38,488 nucleotides of DNA from a virus (lineage: Duplodnaviria; Caudoviricetes), in the IMG/VR virus record IMGVR_UViG_3300048855_000191, positions 1-38,488 of that record; one strand, written 5' to 3'. Made by a program: the position numbers and the translations under genes. Below, piece after piece: positions 8,457 through 16,909 of the stretch. Each line of letters opens with the position of its first letter. Position 1 is the first letter of the stretch. Below the pieces are notes generated by a model. That model was given only the letters and a program-made list of their open reading frames with translations, did no database searches and was not told the origin of the DNA.

Positions 8457-8774
8457 ATGTCCATTCTCCAAGACGACGACGACGCGGCATTCGCCCGTCC
8501 CATCATTGGCGCGCTCGGAAAGCTGACGGAAGACCTGAAGACCAAGGTCGACGAGCGCACCCTCGAAGTGTTCCAGCATCAATGCTCCCTGAGCGGCACG
8601 AGCCCTGCGGGGCTGCTGCGCGATTTCGTTTACCTCACCTGCTACGGCAAGACCTATCGGGCGATGGCGGCTGAGAAGCTGATGCATGACCAGGAGCGTA
8701 GCGAAGCGCTGCGCGTGCTGACAGGGCGGATTGAGGGCCCCGAATTCAGCGGCGGCCAGGGGAGGGCAGTTTGA
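8457..8774 (+). CDS. Putative ribbon-helix-helix regulator in the CII position
   Basis: KLTEDLKTKVDE..helix..SPAGLLRDFV pattern, plus its position. Confidence 0.55.
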   Translation: MSILQDDDDAAFARPIIGALGKLTEDLKTKVDERTLEVFQHQCSLSGTSPAGLLRDFVYLTCYGKTYRAMAAEKLMHDQERSEALRVLTGRIEGPEFSGGQGRAV

Positions 8775-9157
8775 ATCCCACTCCAACCACTTGGCACCCG
8801 CTCGAAGTGGCGCGCCAGCACGCCGAACACTTCACACCGGAATTCCTGGCCTACCTGCCCGAGAACTTGCACGTCTACGACGCCTTCGAGCGCGAGGCGC
8901 TGCGCGTCGTCGCGCGCGGTTTCAAGCACTACAGCGCGCGCACCATCATCGAGGTGCTGCGCCACAACTCGGCGCTGGCCGAGCGCGGCGGACCGTGGAA
9001 GCTGAACGACTGGCACACGCCGTACCTCGCGCGCCTGTTCGCGCTGATGCGACCGCCCTTTGCCGGCCTGTTCGAGTTCCGCGCCACGAAGGCCGTCGGC
9101 CGCGGCCGCGCTGCGGCGGCGAACGATGCGTCGATGGAAGGGGGCACCGCATGCTGA
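8771..9157 (+). CDS. Conserved-looking phage hypothetical protein
   Basis: Coupled overlaps; YSARTIIEVLRH...PYLARLF...FEFR. Confidence 0.7.
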   Translation: MNPTPTTWHPLEVARQHAEHFTPEFLAYLPENLHVYDAFEREALRVVARGFKHYSARTIIEVLRHNSALAERGGPWKLNDWHTPYLARLFALMRPPFAGLFEFRATKAVGRGRAAAANDASMEGGTAC

Positions 9158-10824
9158 CCCCTCAATTCGTCCTGCCGATCGCGGCTGAGCTGGTGGTCGA
9201 CCTCTTCGCCGGCGGCGGCGGCGCCAGCACCGGCATCGAGCAGGCCATCGGCCGGCACGTGGACATCGCGGTCAACCACGACCCCGAGGCCGTCTCGCTG
9301 CACGAGGCCAACCACCCGCAGACCAAGCACTACACCTGCGACGTGTTCGAGGTCGACCCGCTCGATGTGACCGGCGGCCAGCCGATCGGCCTGCTGTGGG
9401 CATCCCCGGACTGCAAGCACTTCTCCAAGGCGAAGGGCGGCAAGCCGGTGTCGAAGAAGATCCGCGGCCTCGCCAACGTGATCGCCGAGTGGGCCGAGAA
9501 GGTGCACCCGCGCATCATCTGCATGGAGAACGTCGAGGAGTTCAAAACCTGGGGCCCGCTCGACGAGAACAACTACCCGATCCCCGAGCGCGCCGGCGAG
9601 CTGTTCCGCGAGTGGCGCGCGCGCATCGAGGCGCAGGGCTACGTGGGCGAGTTTCGCGAGCTGCGCGCCGCTGACTACAACACCCCGACCATCCGAAGGC
9701 GCCTGTTCGGCGTCTTCCGTTGCGACGGCGAACCGATCGTCTGGCCCGAGCCGACGCACGGCAAGGCTGGCACGCTGCCGGTGCGCGTGCGCAAGCTCAA
9801 GCCATGGCGCACCGCGGCCGAGTGCATCGACTGGAGCATCCCGTGCCCGTCGATCTTCGACCGGAAGCGGCCCCTGGCCGACGCCACGCTGCGCCGCGTC
9901 GCGAAAGGGGTGATGCGCTACGTCGTCGAGACGGCTGAGCCATTCATCGTGCCGATCGCGAACTGGAGCGGCGAGCGCGTGAATGCAAGCAGCGAGCCGC
10001 TGACAACGGTGACCGCAAACCCGAAGGGCGGCGCGCATGCGCTGGTGGTTCCCACCCTCGTGCAGACCGGCTACGGCGAGCGCCCCGGCCAGGCGCCGCG
10101 CGTGCCCGGGGTTGAGAAGCCGCTCGGCACCGCGGTTGACGGGCAGAAGCATGCGCTGGTGGCGGCCTTCCTTGCGAAGCACTACACGGGCGTTGTGGGC
10201 AGCGAGCTGCCCGAACCGCTCGGCACCGTGACGACGACGGACCACCACAGTCTCGTGGCCGCTCACCTTGTGCACATGGGCCATGGCGAGCAGAGCGCCA
10301 ACGGCGCGAAGCGCTGGAGCCATGGCGTGCGCGATGTGGGCGAGCCGCTGAATACCGTCACGGCATCCGGCATGCCCGCGGCAGTGGTAACGAGCAACCT
10401 CGTCAAGCTACGTGGCACCAGCACGGCGCAGGCCGCCGATGAGCCGCTGCACACTGTGAGCGCCCAGGGCACGCACTTCGCCGAGGTGCGCGCCTTCCTG
10501 CTCAAGTACTACGGCACCGACCAAGATCCGAAGCTCGACGAGCCGCTGCACACCGTCACGACCAAGGACCGCTTCGCGCTGGTGACCGTCAAGGGCGAGC
10601 AGTACGCGATCGTCGACATAGGCCTGCGCATGCTCTCGCCGCGCGAGCTGTACCGCGCCCAGGGCTTCCCCGACACCTACATCATCGACCGCGGCGCCAA
10701 GGGCGAGCCGATGACGAAGACCGCCCAGGTGCGCATGTGCGGCAACAGCGTGTGTCCGCCGCTGGCGCGCGCGATCGTGGCGGCCAACTACCGCGACGCG
10801 GGACAGGAGAGGGCTGCCGCGTGA
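9151..10824 (+). CDS. DNA (cytosine-5) methyltransferase
   Basis: Motif I DLFAGGGG, motif IV ASPDCKHFS, ENV, RRRLF, motif IX/X RELYRAQGFP...CGNSV; ATG at 9151. Confidence 0.95.
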   Translation: MLTPQFVLPIAAELVVDLFAGGGGASTGIEQAIGRHVDIAVNHDPEAVSLHEANHPQTKHYTCDVFEVDPLDVTGGQPIGLLWASPDCKHFSKAKGGKPVSKKIRGLANVIAEWAEKVHPRIICMENVEEFKTWGPLDENNYPIPERAGELFREWRARIEAQGYVGEFRELRAADYNTPTIRRRLFGVFRCDGEPIVWPEPTHGKAGTLPVRVRKLKPWRTAAECIDWSIPCPSIFDRKRPLADATLRRVAKGVMRYVVETAEPFIVPIANWSGERVNASSEPLTTVTANPKGGAHALVVPTLVQTGYGERPGQAPRVPGVEKPLGTAVDGQKHALVAAFLAKHYTGVVGSELPEPLGTVTTTDHHSLVAAHLVHMGHGEQSANGAKRWSHGVRDVGEPLNTVTASGMPAAVVTSNLVKLRGTSTAQAADEPLHTVSAQGTHFAEVRAFLLKYYGTDQDPKLDEPLHTVTTKDRFALVTVKGEQYAIVDIGLRMLSPRELYRAQGFPDTYIIDRGAKGEPMTKTAQVRMCGNSVCPPLARAIVAANYRDAGQERAAA

Positions 10825-11789
10825 CCCGTCCCGTTCCATACCCCGCTGACACGCGGGCCAAGGGCTGGCGCTTCGAGCTCGACCACGAGCGCATCGAGCA
10901 GTCCGACACGTGGACGCTGGCGCCGGCGGAGGTGCGCCCCTGGCTGCTGATGCTGTGGCTCACAGCTTGGCGGCAAGAGCCATGCGGCTCGCTCTCAAAT
11001 TCCGACGAGCTGATCGCCGCGCGCATTGGCATGCCCATGAAGGCGTTCAGCAAGCACCGCGCGGTGCTCATGCGCGGCTGGTGGCTGGCCGACGACGGGC
11101 GCCTATACCACGACACCGTGACGAAGCGCGTGATCGAGATGATCGCGGCGCGCGACAAGGACCGCACCCGGAAGGCGGCGTACCGCGCCCGGATGGACGC
11201 GGAAAGGTCGGCAGCGTCCCATGTAAATCCTGATTTGTCCCACGGGACAGACGATGGACGCCCGAAGGACTCCGGCCTGAGCGACCCCGGGAGAGACGAC
11301 ACCGGAACCAGAACCGGAACCAGTACCAGTAAAGAAGAAACACCCCCCGCTATCCGATCTACGTCCGGGTCGGTGGGGGTCGATGGGCAAAGCCCAACGA
11401 AGGCAGGGGAGGTGTGCCGGGCCATCCGTGCGAAGGGCATTGCCGATGCCAACCCGTCCAATCCCGAGCTGCTGGCATTCATCGCCAAAGGCGTGACCGT
11501 GGAGACGTTCGAGGCGGCTGCTGCCGTCTGCGTCGACGCGAAGCCCCCGAAGGGCATGGCCTACCTGCTCGGCATCGTGCGCCGCCAACTCAACGAAGCC
11601 GCCGCCATCGCCGCTGGGCCCGGCGTGCAGGTCGGCCTGTGGGATGCCACTCGCTCCAGCATCGTCGCGAAGGCTGCCGAGTTCGGCATGGGGCCTTGGG
11701 ACGAATACAAGTTTCAGATCGGGCAGGGCGAGAGCTTTGCCGCATACACGGCCCGCGTGCGTGCGCGGGTCGAAGGAGTTCCCGCATGA
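10821..11789 (+). CDS. Phage replication initiator (YdaU/DUF1376-like)
   Basis: PWLLMLW..AW...PCGSL..DELIA, a low-complexity linker TGTRTGTSTS and C-terminal MAYLLGIV; GTG start overlaps the MTase stop. Confidence 0.7.
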   Translation: MTRPVPYPADTRAKGWRFELDHERIEQSDTWTLAPAEVRPWLLMLWLTAWRQEPCGSLSNSDELIAARIGMPMKAFSKHRAVLMRGWWLADDGRLYHDTVTKRVIEMIAARDKDRTRKAAYRARMDAERSAASHVNPDLSHGTDDGRPKDSGLSDPGRDDTGTRTGTSTSKEETPPAIRSTSGSVGVDGQSPTKAGEVCRAIRAKGIADANPSNPELLAFIAKGVTVETFEAAAAVCVDAKPPKGMAYLLGIVRRQLNEAAAIAAGPGVQVGLWDATRSSIVAKAAEFGMGPWDEYKFQIGQGESFAAYTARVRARVEGVPA

Positions 11790-11995
11790 CGCTCACCCAG
11801 GTGGCCGCGATGGCGGCCGATGCCCAGTCCAAGCTCCACGTCCTCAACGTCGCCGCGCGTGCCGGCGCCGAGGCGAGGACCATCAACGTGCTGCGCGATA
11901 TGCACCGCACGCGCCTCGCGGTCGCCGCGGAGCTGTTCGCCGATACGCGCGCCGTGAACGACACCGCGTTCCAAACCGCCCCGGAGCTCGCATGA
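11786..11995 (+). CDS. Hypothetical protein
   Basis: GGAG RBS; ATGA overlaps. Confidence 0.6.
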   Translation: MTLTQVAAMAADAQSKLHVLNVAARAGAEARTINVLRDMHRTRLAVAAELFADTRAVNDTAFQTAPELA

Positions 11996-12519
11996 TCCCC
12001 GCAATCAATCCGTGGGATTCCGAGACCCAGCTGTTCGAGGAGCTCACGCTGGCGCGCCTGCTAAAGCACACCGAGCCGTGCGGCGAGTGCCTTGAATGGA
12101 CCGGCCACGCGCAGGGCGGCAAGCACCCTCAGGTGAAGCTCGGTGGCCGGAAAGGGCGCGTGTACAACGTCCGGCGCGTGCTGTGGGTTCTCACCCGTGG
12201 CGCCGTGCCGGCTGGCCGACAGGTCGGCGTGAAGTGCCATTGCGAGCTCTGCGTGCATCCCGACCACCTCGTGCTGCGCACGCGCTCGGCTGCGATGAAG
12301 GGCGTGAAGAAGTCGTTGCTGTCAGCGCGCCGCATGGCGGCGACAAAGCGCGCGGCGTCGCGTATTACCGAAGCCATGGTGCACGAGATCCGATCGAGCG
12401 ATGCCCCGTCGATGGAGCTCGACCGACGCTTGGGCCTGGGCCACGGGACCGCTTGGGGCATTCGGAGCGGCCGCAGCCGGCGTGACTTCGCCACCGACAT
12501 GCTGGGAGGGCTGCGCTGA
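11992..12519 (+). CDS. HNH-like (His-Me finger) protein, degenerate
   Basis: CLEWTG...C..ELCVHPDHL followed by a C-terminal HTH-like region. Confidence 0.7.
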   Translation: MIPAINPWDSETQLFEELTLARLLKHTEPCGECLEWTGHAQGGKHPQVKLGGRKGRVYNVRRVLWVLTRGAVPAGRQVGVKCHCELCVHPDHLVLRTRSAAMKGVKKSLLSARRMAATKRAASRITEAMVHEIRSSDAPSMELDRRLGLGHGTAWGIRSGRSRRDFATDMLGGLR

Positions 12520-12956
12520 TGGCCCGCATGCGCCGCCCGGCCGGCCTGGGCCTCATCGAGCGCGCGCTGATCGAGAAGCAGTGGCGCGAGACCAACGTGC
12601 GCGCGCAGATCCACGCCATCCTCGGCGACGACAGCGACCAGTTCGTCAACGCCGCGGGGCGCGTGCTTTACGTGGTGCTGGGCGCGCTGATCGCCGAAGA
12701 GGTCAACCCGGAAATGCCCGAGGTGCGGATCGTCCGCGGCGCCTGCAATGCGCTCTACGAACAGGCGGGGGAGCCAGACATCGAGCCCGCGCGGCGCGCG
12801 GCCATGCGATCGGGCCTCGAGGCGTGCGACCGGCTGCTGGGCGGCCTGCCGCGCAAGTCGCTGACGGATGCCGCATGCGAGCTCGAAAGCCGGCTACGCG
12901 CCTCGAACGTGAACTGGCGCGACTTCGAGCGTCTGCTGGAGGGCATCGCCGCATGA
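12519..12956 (+). CDS. Hypothetical protein
   Basis: GGAGG RBS; coupled ORF with GC3-rich codons. Confidence 0.7.
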   Translation: MARMRRPAGLGLIERALIEKQWRETNVRAQIHAILGDDSDQFVNAAGRVLYVVLGALIAEEVNPEMPEVRIVRGACNALYEQAGEPDIEPARRAAMRSGLEACDRLLGGLPRKSLTDAACELESRLRASNVNWRDFERLLEGIAA

Positions 12957-13216
12957 CCTGCCCGAACTGCGACAAGGCGGCCATTCGTGCCGACTGGCCC
13001 GGCTACACCGCGAACTGTCGCGAATGCCTTGCCCGCGGCATCGCCAACGGCCCCGAGTTCTGGCGCTCCCGCCAGGACGGCACCCTTCGGCCCGAATACA
13101 AGGCGGCGCTCCAGACCATCTGGGGCGACGACTGGAAGGCCGGGCACGAGGCCGTGAAGCATGCCGCTGCGCGCCTCCAGGATCTGCGCACGTCGCCCCA
13201 AGGAGCCCTGCTTTGA
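12953..13216 (+). CDS. Small Cys-rich (CxxC x2) protein
   Basis: MTCPNC...CREC; ATGA overlap. Confidence 0.65.
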   Translation: MTCPNCDKAAIRADWPGYTANCRECLARGIANGPEFWRSRQDGTLRPEYKAALQTIWGDDWKAGHEAVKHAAARLQDLRTSPQGALL

Positions 13217-13650
13217 CCACCGACATTCTCGGCATCGACCCGGGCGCCAGCACCGGCCTGGCCATGTACCGCGACGGCGCGCTGCTGTGGCTGCGCACGA
13301 TCGAGCCGCATTCCATCGAGCACGTCCTGCGGCACTTCAAGCCCGCGCGCGTGGTGTTCGAGGACAGCCGACTGGAGAAGCGTGCGTGGAACGCGCGCAC
13401 GAAGCAGGCATACGGTGCGGCGCTTGCGACAGCCCGCTCACTCGGGCAGGTGGACGCCTGGTGCAACCTCATCACGGCAGTCTGCGCCGAACTGAGCATC
13501 CCGGCCCACGGCATCAGTCCGACGGCCAAGGGCGCCAAGGTGGACGCCGCCCGCTTCAACGCGGCGACCGGCTGGGCCGCGCGCAGCAACCAACACGAGC
13601 GCGACGCCGGCATGGTGGCTTGGCCGTACCGAAGGGCCGCAAAGCAATGA
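13213..13650 (+). CDS. RuvC-like Holliday junction resolvase
   Basis: ILGIDPG..TGLA, VVFE and HERDA acidic triad; TTG start with AGGAG RBS. Confidence 0.8.
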   Translation: MTTDILGIDPGASTGLAMYRDGALLWLRTIEPHSIEHVLRHFKPARVVFEDSRLEKRAWNARTKQAYGAALATARSLGQVDAWCNLITAVCAELSIPAHGISPTAKGAKVDAARFNAATGWAARSNQHERDAGMVAWPYRRAAKQ

Positions 13651-14240
13651 GCGTGACCCCCAACGAGCAATCACGCCGCATGGCCTTCGGCCGCGGCGTC
13701 ATGGAAGGCCTGCGCATGGCGGGCGTATCGAACCCAGGAGACGCGATGAACGCAGCGAAGTTGGCCCGCCTCGAGAGCGGCTTGAACAGCATGGCGAAGA
13801 AGGTGCTCGCTGCCGTGCCGATCCAGACGCCGTGGTCGCGGGAGCAGATCGTTAGCGAGCTGCGCCGCGCCGGCGCGACGGTCGATCGCGCCGTCGTTGA
13901 CGGCTGCCTCGTCACCTTGTGCGAGCGGGGCGTGGTGAAGGAGCCTGCCCGCGGCACCTTCGTCCGCGTCATCGCTCGCCTCATCACCCCCGCAACCGAG
14001 GAGATCCCACCAGTGTCCACCACCGCCCACATCATCACGCCTGCCTCGTCGCCCCAGGCCGCGCCGGCTGCGCCCCCGCGCGACGATTCGCTGTCCCGCC
14101 TCGCGAACGTCGCCGCGCTGCTGCGCCGAGCTGCGGACGAAATCGAGGGCATTGCCCTTGACGTCGAAGCGCGCGTGCAGGCCGCGGGCAAGGAGGGCGA
14201 GACGCTGCGCCAGCTCAAGGCCCTGCTCACCGGCACCTGA
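13647..14240 (+). CDS. Hypothetical protein with a wHTH-like domain and coiled coil
   Basis: ATGA overlap; VDGCLVTLCERGVVKE..RGTFVR wing pattern. Confidence 0.6.
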   Translation: MSVTPNEQSRRMAFGRGVMEGLRMAGVSNPGDAMNAAKLARLESGLNSMAKKVLAAVPIQTPWSREQIVSELRRAGATVDRAVVDGCLVTLCERGVVKEPARGTFVRVIARLITPATEEIPPVSTTAHIITPASSPQAAPAAPPRDDSLSRLANVAALLRRAADEIEGIALDVEARVQAAGKEGETLRQLKALLTGT

Positions 14241-14252
14241 GGCGAGGACGAC

Positions 14253-14753
14253 ATGGCCGACATCGCATTGCAAGTCATCTGGCCCGACCAGGAGCACGCG
14301 CGCACGAGCCTGCTGCAGCGCGTCGCGCCCTGGTGCAAGGAGCAGTGGGCCGCCGGCCGGCGCCTCGAGCTGGAGATCCGGCTGCACGAGGACGCGAAGA
14401 CCGATCGCCAGCGACGCTACTACCACGGCGTGGTGCTGAAGACCATCGCCGCGCAGGCACGGCCGCACGGCCAGCAGTTCTCGCTCGCCGTCTGGAAGGA
14501 GCACTTCCGCGCCGAGTTCCTCGGCCACAAGACCGTCACCTCGCGGAATCCGCTCACCGGCAAGAAGGTGCGCCGGCGCCAGCGCGTCAGCACCGAGGAC
14601 CTCGGTGTGAAGGGCTACAGCCAGCTCATCGACCGCGTGAGCGCGTTCGCCGCGACCGAGCTCGGCGTGACGTTCCCCGCCAGCTTCGAGCAGTGGGAAC
14701 GCATGCAGGTCGACCCGGACACGGGCGAGATCATCGGAGTCATCGCACCATGA
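14253..14753 (+). CDS. NinB/YbcN-like recombination protein
   Basis: KTDRQRRYYHG, WKEHFR and STEDLGVKGYSQLIDRV.AFA...GVTF. Confidence 0.8.
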   Translation: MADIALQVIWPDQEHARTSLLQRVAPWCKEQWAAGRRLELEIRLHEDAKTDRQRRYYHGVVLKTIAAQARPHGQQFSLAVWKEHFRAEFLGHKTVTSRNPLTGKKVRRRQRVSTEDLGVKGYSQLIDRVSAFAATELGVTFPASFEQWERMQVDPDTGEIIGVIAP

Positions 14754-15340
14754 AGCGCAGCGCGCCCCTGCTGCGCTCCGGCTTCAAGCGCCGGCCGAAG
14801 TTCATTGGCGTGGACCTGGCCGCCGGGCCGGACATCGGTGTGGTGGTCGAGGTTGTGTCGCGCGCCGGGGCTGCGGTGCCCGGCCGCGTCGTCCGCATGG
14901 CGGCCATCAACGATGCCGACTTCCGCGGTGGCGTGCCGAAGACCGAGTCACAGCGGAACCCCGCGCTGCTGGCCATGGCGCGCGGCCAGCGCTGTCTGCT
15001 GCAGGTGCCGGGGATATGCCAGCCGGACCCCGCAACCACAGTCGCGTGCCACAGCAACCAGTCGGCGCACGGCAAGGCCGGCGCGCGCAAGGCAGACGAC
15101 CAATGGCATGTCCACGGGTGCGCGGCATGCCATCGCTGGCTCGACCAGGGCCCGGCGCTTGCCGCCGAGAAGAACGAGCGCTTCGCCAGCGCTCACCGCT
15201 GGATGGTTGCCATCTGGCAGGACATCGTGACTGGCGCGCAGGCGGCCACTCCGCGCGAGCGCCGCGCCGCCGAATGGGCGCTCGCTCGGTGCTGTCTAAC
15301 GTATAAAGCGAGCCAACGGGAAGAGGACAACCATGGCTGA
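14750..15340 (+). CDS. DUF1364/YbcO-like Zn-binding nuclease-fold protein
   Basis: ARGQRCLLQVPGIC...TTVACHSN...GK....KADD...GCAACHRWLD. Confidence 0.82.
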   Translation: MKRSAPLLRSGFKRRPKFIGVDLAAGPDIGVVVEVVSRAGAAVPGRVVRMAAINDADFRGGVPKTESQRNPALLAMARGQRCLLQVPGICQPDPATTVACHSNQSAHGKAGARKADDQWHVHGCAACHRWLDQGPALAAEKNERFASAHRWMVAIWQDIVTGAQAATPRERRAAEWALARCCLTYKASQREEDNHG

Positions 15341-16091
15341 TGAGGGCATTGCAGTGGACGACGAGGATTCGAAGGCACGGAGAAATCTCATGATAGCCAG
15401 CACGGTGGTGATCCTCGCCTGGTGGCTGGCTATACCGTTCGACCAAATGAGCACCAAGTTCTTGGGCTTTGCACCACAGGTCAAAACCTTCGAATGGAGG
15501 GTTTGGTTTGCGGCTGTGGTTGGATTGATCTATTTCGCTCTTCGATTCTGGTTCTCTGAAGCCAACAAAAAGGCAATCGCCGAGTACGCCTCGGACAAGG
15601 TTGTCTGCTCGAGCCGGGCGCTACGACGATGGCTCCGTTTCGAAACTGCGCTGTTCGTGCGTTTCGGGAGAAACACCCCAATGCCTGTGCTGGGTACCGC
15701 GTTCCACACGGTCGCTCAGGTCGCGGTGAAAAAGGTGCAGTCTGCCTATGCGGACGCAGGGCCCTCCGCAGAGATCGTGCGCATCATCGTGTCGGAGGCC
15801 ACGTTTGATAAGCCGTTTTTGAATAGCGCGACCGACCCCAAGATGAGCTGGAAGTCGGGCGCCGCTCGCATTCAATTCATTGTCGGTACTCCAAACGGAG
15901 ACTACCCGTCACTAAACGGTGCGCAGCCCGTGGGATTCGAGTTGACCACTCTGGGTCGAGCAATGGCGTGGTTCGTCACCGCGATGGAGGTCGCATTGTT
16001 CTCGAGGAGTGGGACCGGCCTGCTTCTTCCATGGTGGCTGGGAAGTGCGGCCATCGCGCTCGCCGCGTGGAAAGTCTGTGCGGCCTGGTGA
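15333..16091 (+). CDS. Multi-TM membrane protein (cargo/moron)
   Basis: Two N-terminal and one or two C-terminal hydrophobic helices; visibly more A/T-rich than its flanks. Confidence 0.75.
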   Translation: MADEGIAVDDEDSKARRNLMIASTVVILAWWLAIPFDQMSTKFLGFAPQVKTFEWRVWFAAVVGLIYFALRFWFSEANKKAIAEYASDKVVCSSRALRRWLRFETALFVRFGRNTPMPVLGTAFHTVAQVAVKKVQSAYADAGPSAEIVRIIVSEATFDKPFLNSATDPKMSWKSGAARIQFIVGTPNGDYPSLNGAQPVGFELTTLGRAMAWFVTAMEVALFSRSGTGLLLPWWLGSAAIALAAWKVCAAW

Positions 16092-16135
16092 CATGAGCCA
16101 GCCGCTTAATTGTTATGTACGAGGAGAACACACGA

Positions 16136-16669
16136 ATGGCTGACCCCCGCAAATCCACCACCGCCCTGGTGCTCGAAGCCGTGCAGGACCTGCACAACCA
16201 GGAGCAGATCGTCACGCGCGAGACGCTTGCAGAGCTGACCGGCCTCAAGCTCAGCGTGATCGACGATCGCCTGGGCACGCTCACCGATGACGGCGCGCTC
16301 CTGCGCGTGCAGCGTGGTGTCTACGTGCCGGCCGCGCAGCACCCGCCGGCGCGGCCAATGTCGAAGACCGTGATGCCCGATGGCATGGTCAAGATCGAGA
16401 TCGGCGACGACGTGCTCGCGCTCACGCCGCGCGAGGACCGTGCGCTCGCCAATCTCATGGCCGGCGCGGCAGCGCAGGCGGCAGCGATCGAGACGGGCCG
16501 GAACGCAGCCATCCTGGCGGCCGAGCTCAGCGAAGAGGTGAAACGCCTGCGCCGCCAGGTGTCTGCGCTCGAAGCGCGCATCGATCCCGACCAGGGGCAG
16601 TTGTTTGGCACCCCCTGTAGGGCAGGAAAGTCCGCGGCCAACGGCTCACACTTCGAGCAAGCGGTGTAG
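16136..16669 (+). CDS. Winged-helix DNA-binding protein, candidate late-gene regulator
   Basis: VTRETLAELTGLKLSVIDDRLGTL...LLRVQRGVY; GAGGAG RBS before ATG 16136; last early-region gene before the late promoters. Confidence 0.7.
   Translation: MADPRKSTTALVLEAVQDLHNQEQIVTRETLAELTGLKLSVIDDRLGTLTDDGALLRVQRGVYVPAAQHPPARPMSKTVMPDGMVKIEIGDDVLALTPREDRALANLMAGAAAQAAAIETGRNAAILAAELSEEVKRLRRQVSALEARIDPDQGQLFGTPCRAGKSAANGSHFEQAV
16611..16660 (+). promoter_or_regulatory. Putative late promoter copy 1 (tRNA)
   Basis: CCCCCTGTAGGG-N24-CACACT-N7-A16660. Confidence 0.65.
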
Positions 16670-16736
16670 CTCAGCCAGGTAGAGCAGCAGGTTCATACCC
16701 TGCGTGTCGTCGGATCGAAGCCGGCCACCGCAACCA
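16660..16736 (+). tRNA. tRNA with CAT anticodon, initiator(fMet)-like, CCA encoded
   Basis: Cloverleaf: acceptor AGCGGTG/CACCGCA, D stem GCTC/GAGC, anticodon stem GCAGG/CCTGC with loop TTCATAC, T stem GTCGG/CCGGC, ACCA end. Confidence 0.9.
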
Positions 16737-16835
16737 GACACGAAGCGAAGATCGCCCCCGCAAGGGGAAGCTGCCAGCAGATTCCGTCCCTTGATGTGGC
16801 GGTGCAGTTGGCGCCGGGCAGCAACCGGCACCTTC

Positions 16836-16909
16836 AACGTGCAGTTGTCTCCTCGCGCGGCTTCGGTCGCACGTTCGCCCGCCAGGCTCACCCTGGCGGG
16901 CATTGTTTT
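16836..16909 (+). ncRNA. Candidate anti-SD small RNA downstream of the tRNA
   Basis: AACGTGC/GCACGTT stem encloses TTGTCTCCTC and is followed by a terminator hairpin. Confidence 0.5.
16877..16909 (+). terminator. Rho-independent terminator
   Basis: GCCCGCCAGG-CTCAC-CCTGGCGGGC-ATTGTTTT. Confidence 0.7.

Noticed and set aside
11300-11335. Short tandem repeats as a CRISPR array
   Set aside because: They are too short, lie in coding sequence (TGTRTGTSTS) and have no spacers. No CRISPR array was seen anywhere in the window.
16660-16736. tRNA as the integration (att) site, or as tRNA-Ile2
   Set aside because: It lies mid-prophage, far from int, with no duplicate in the window. The acceptor stem matches fMet rather than Ile2.
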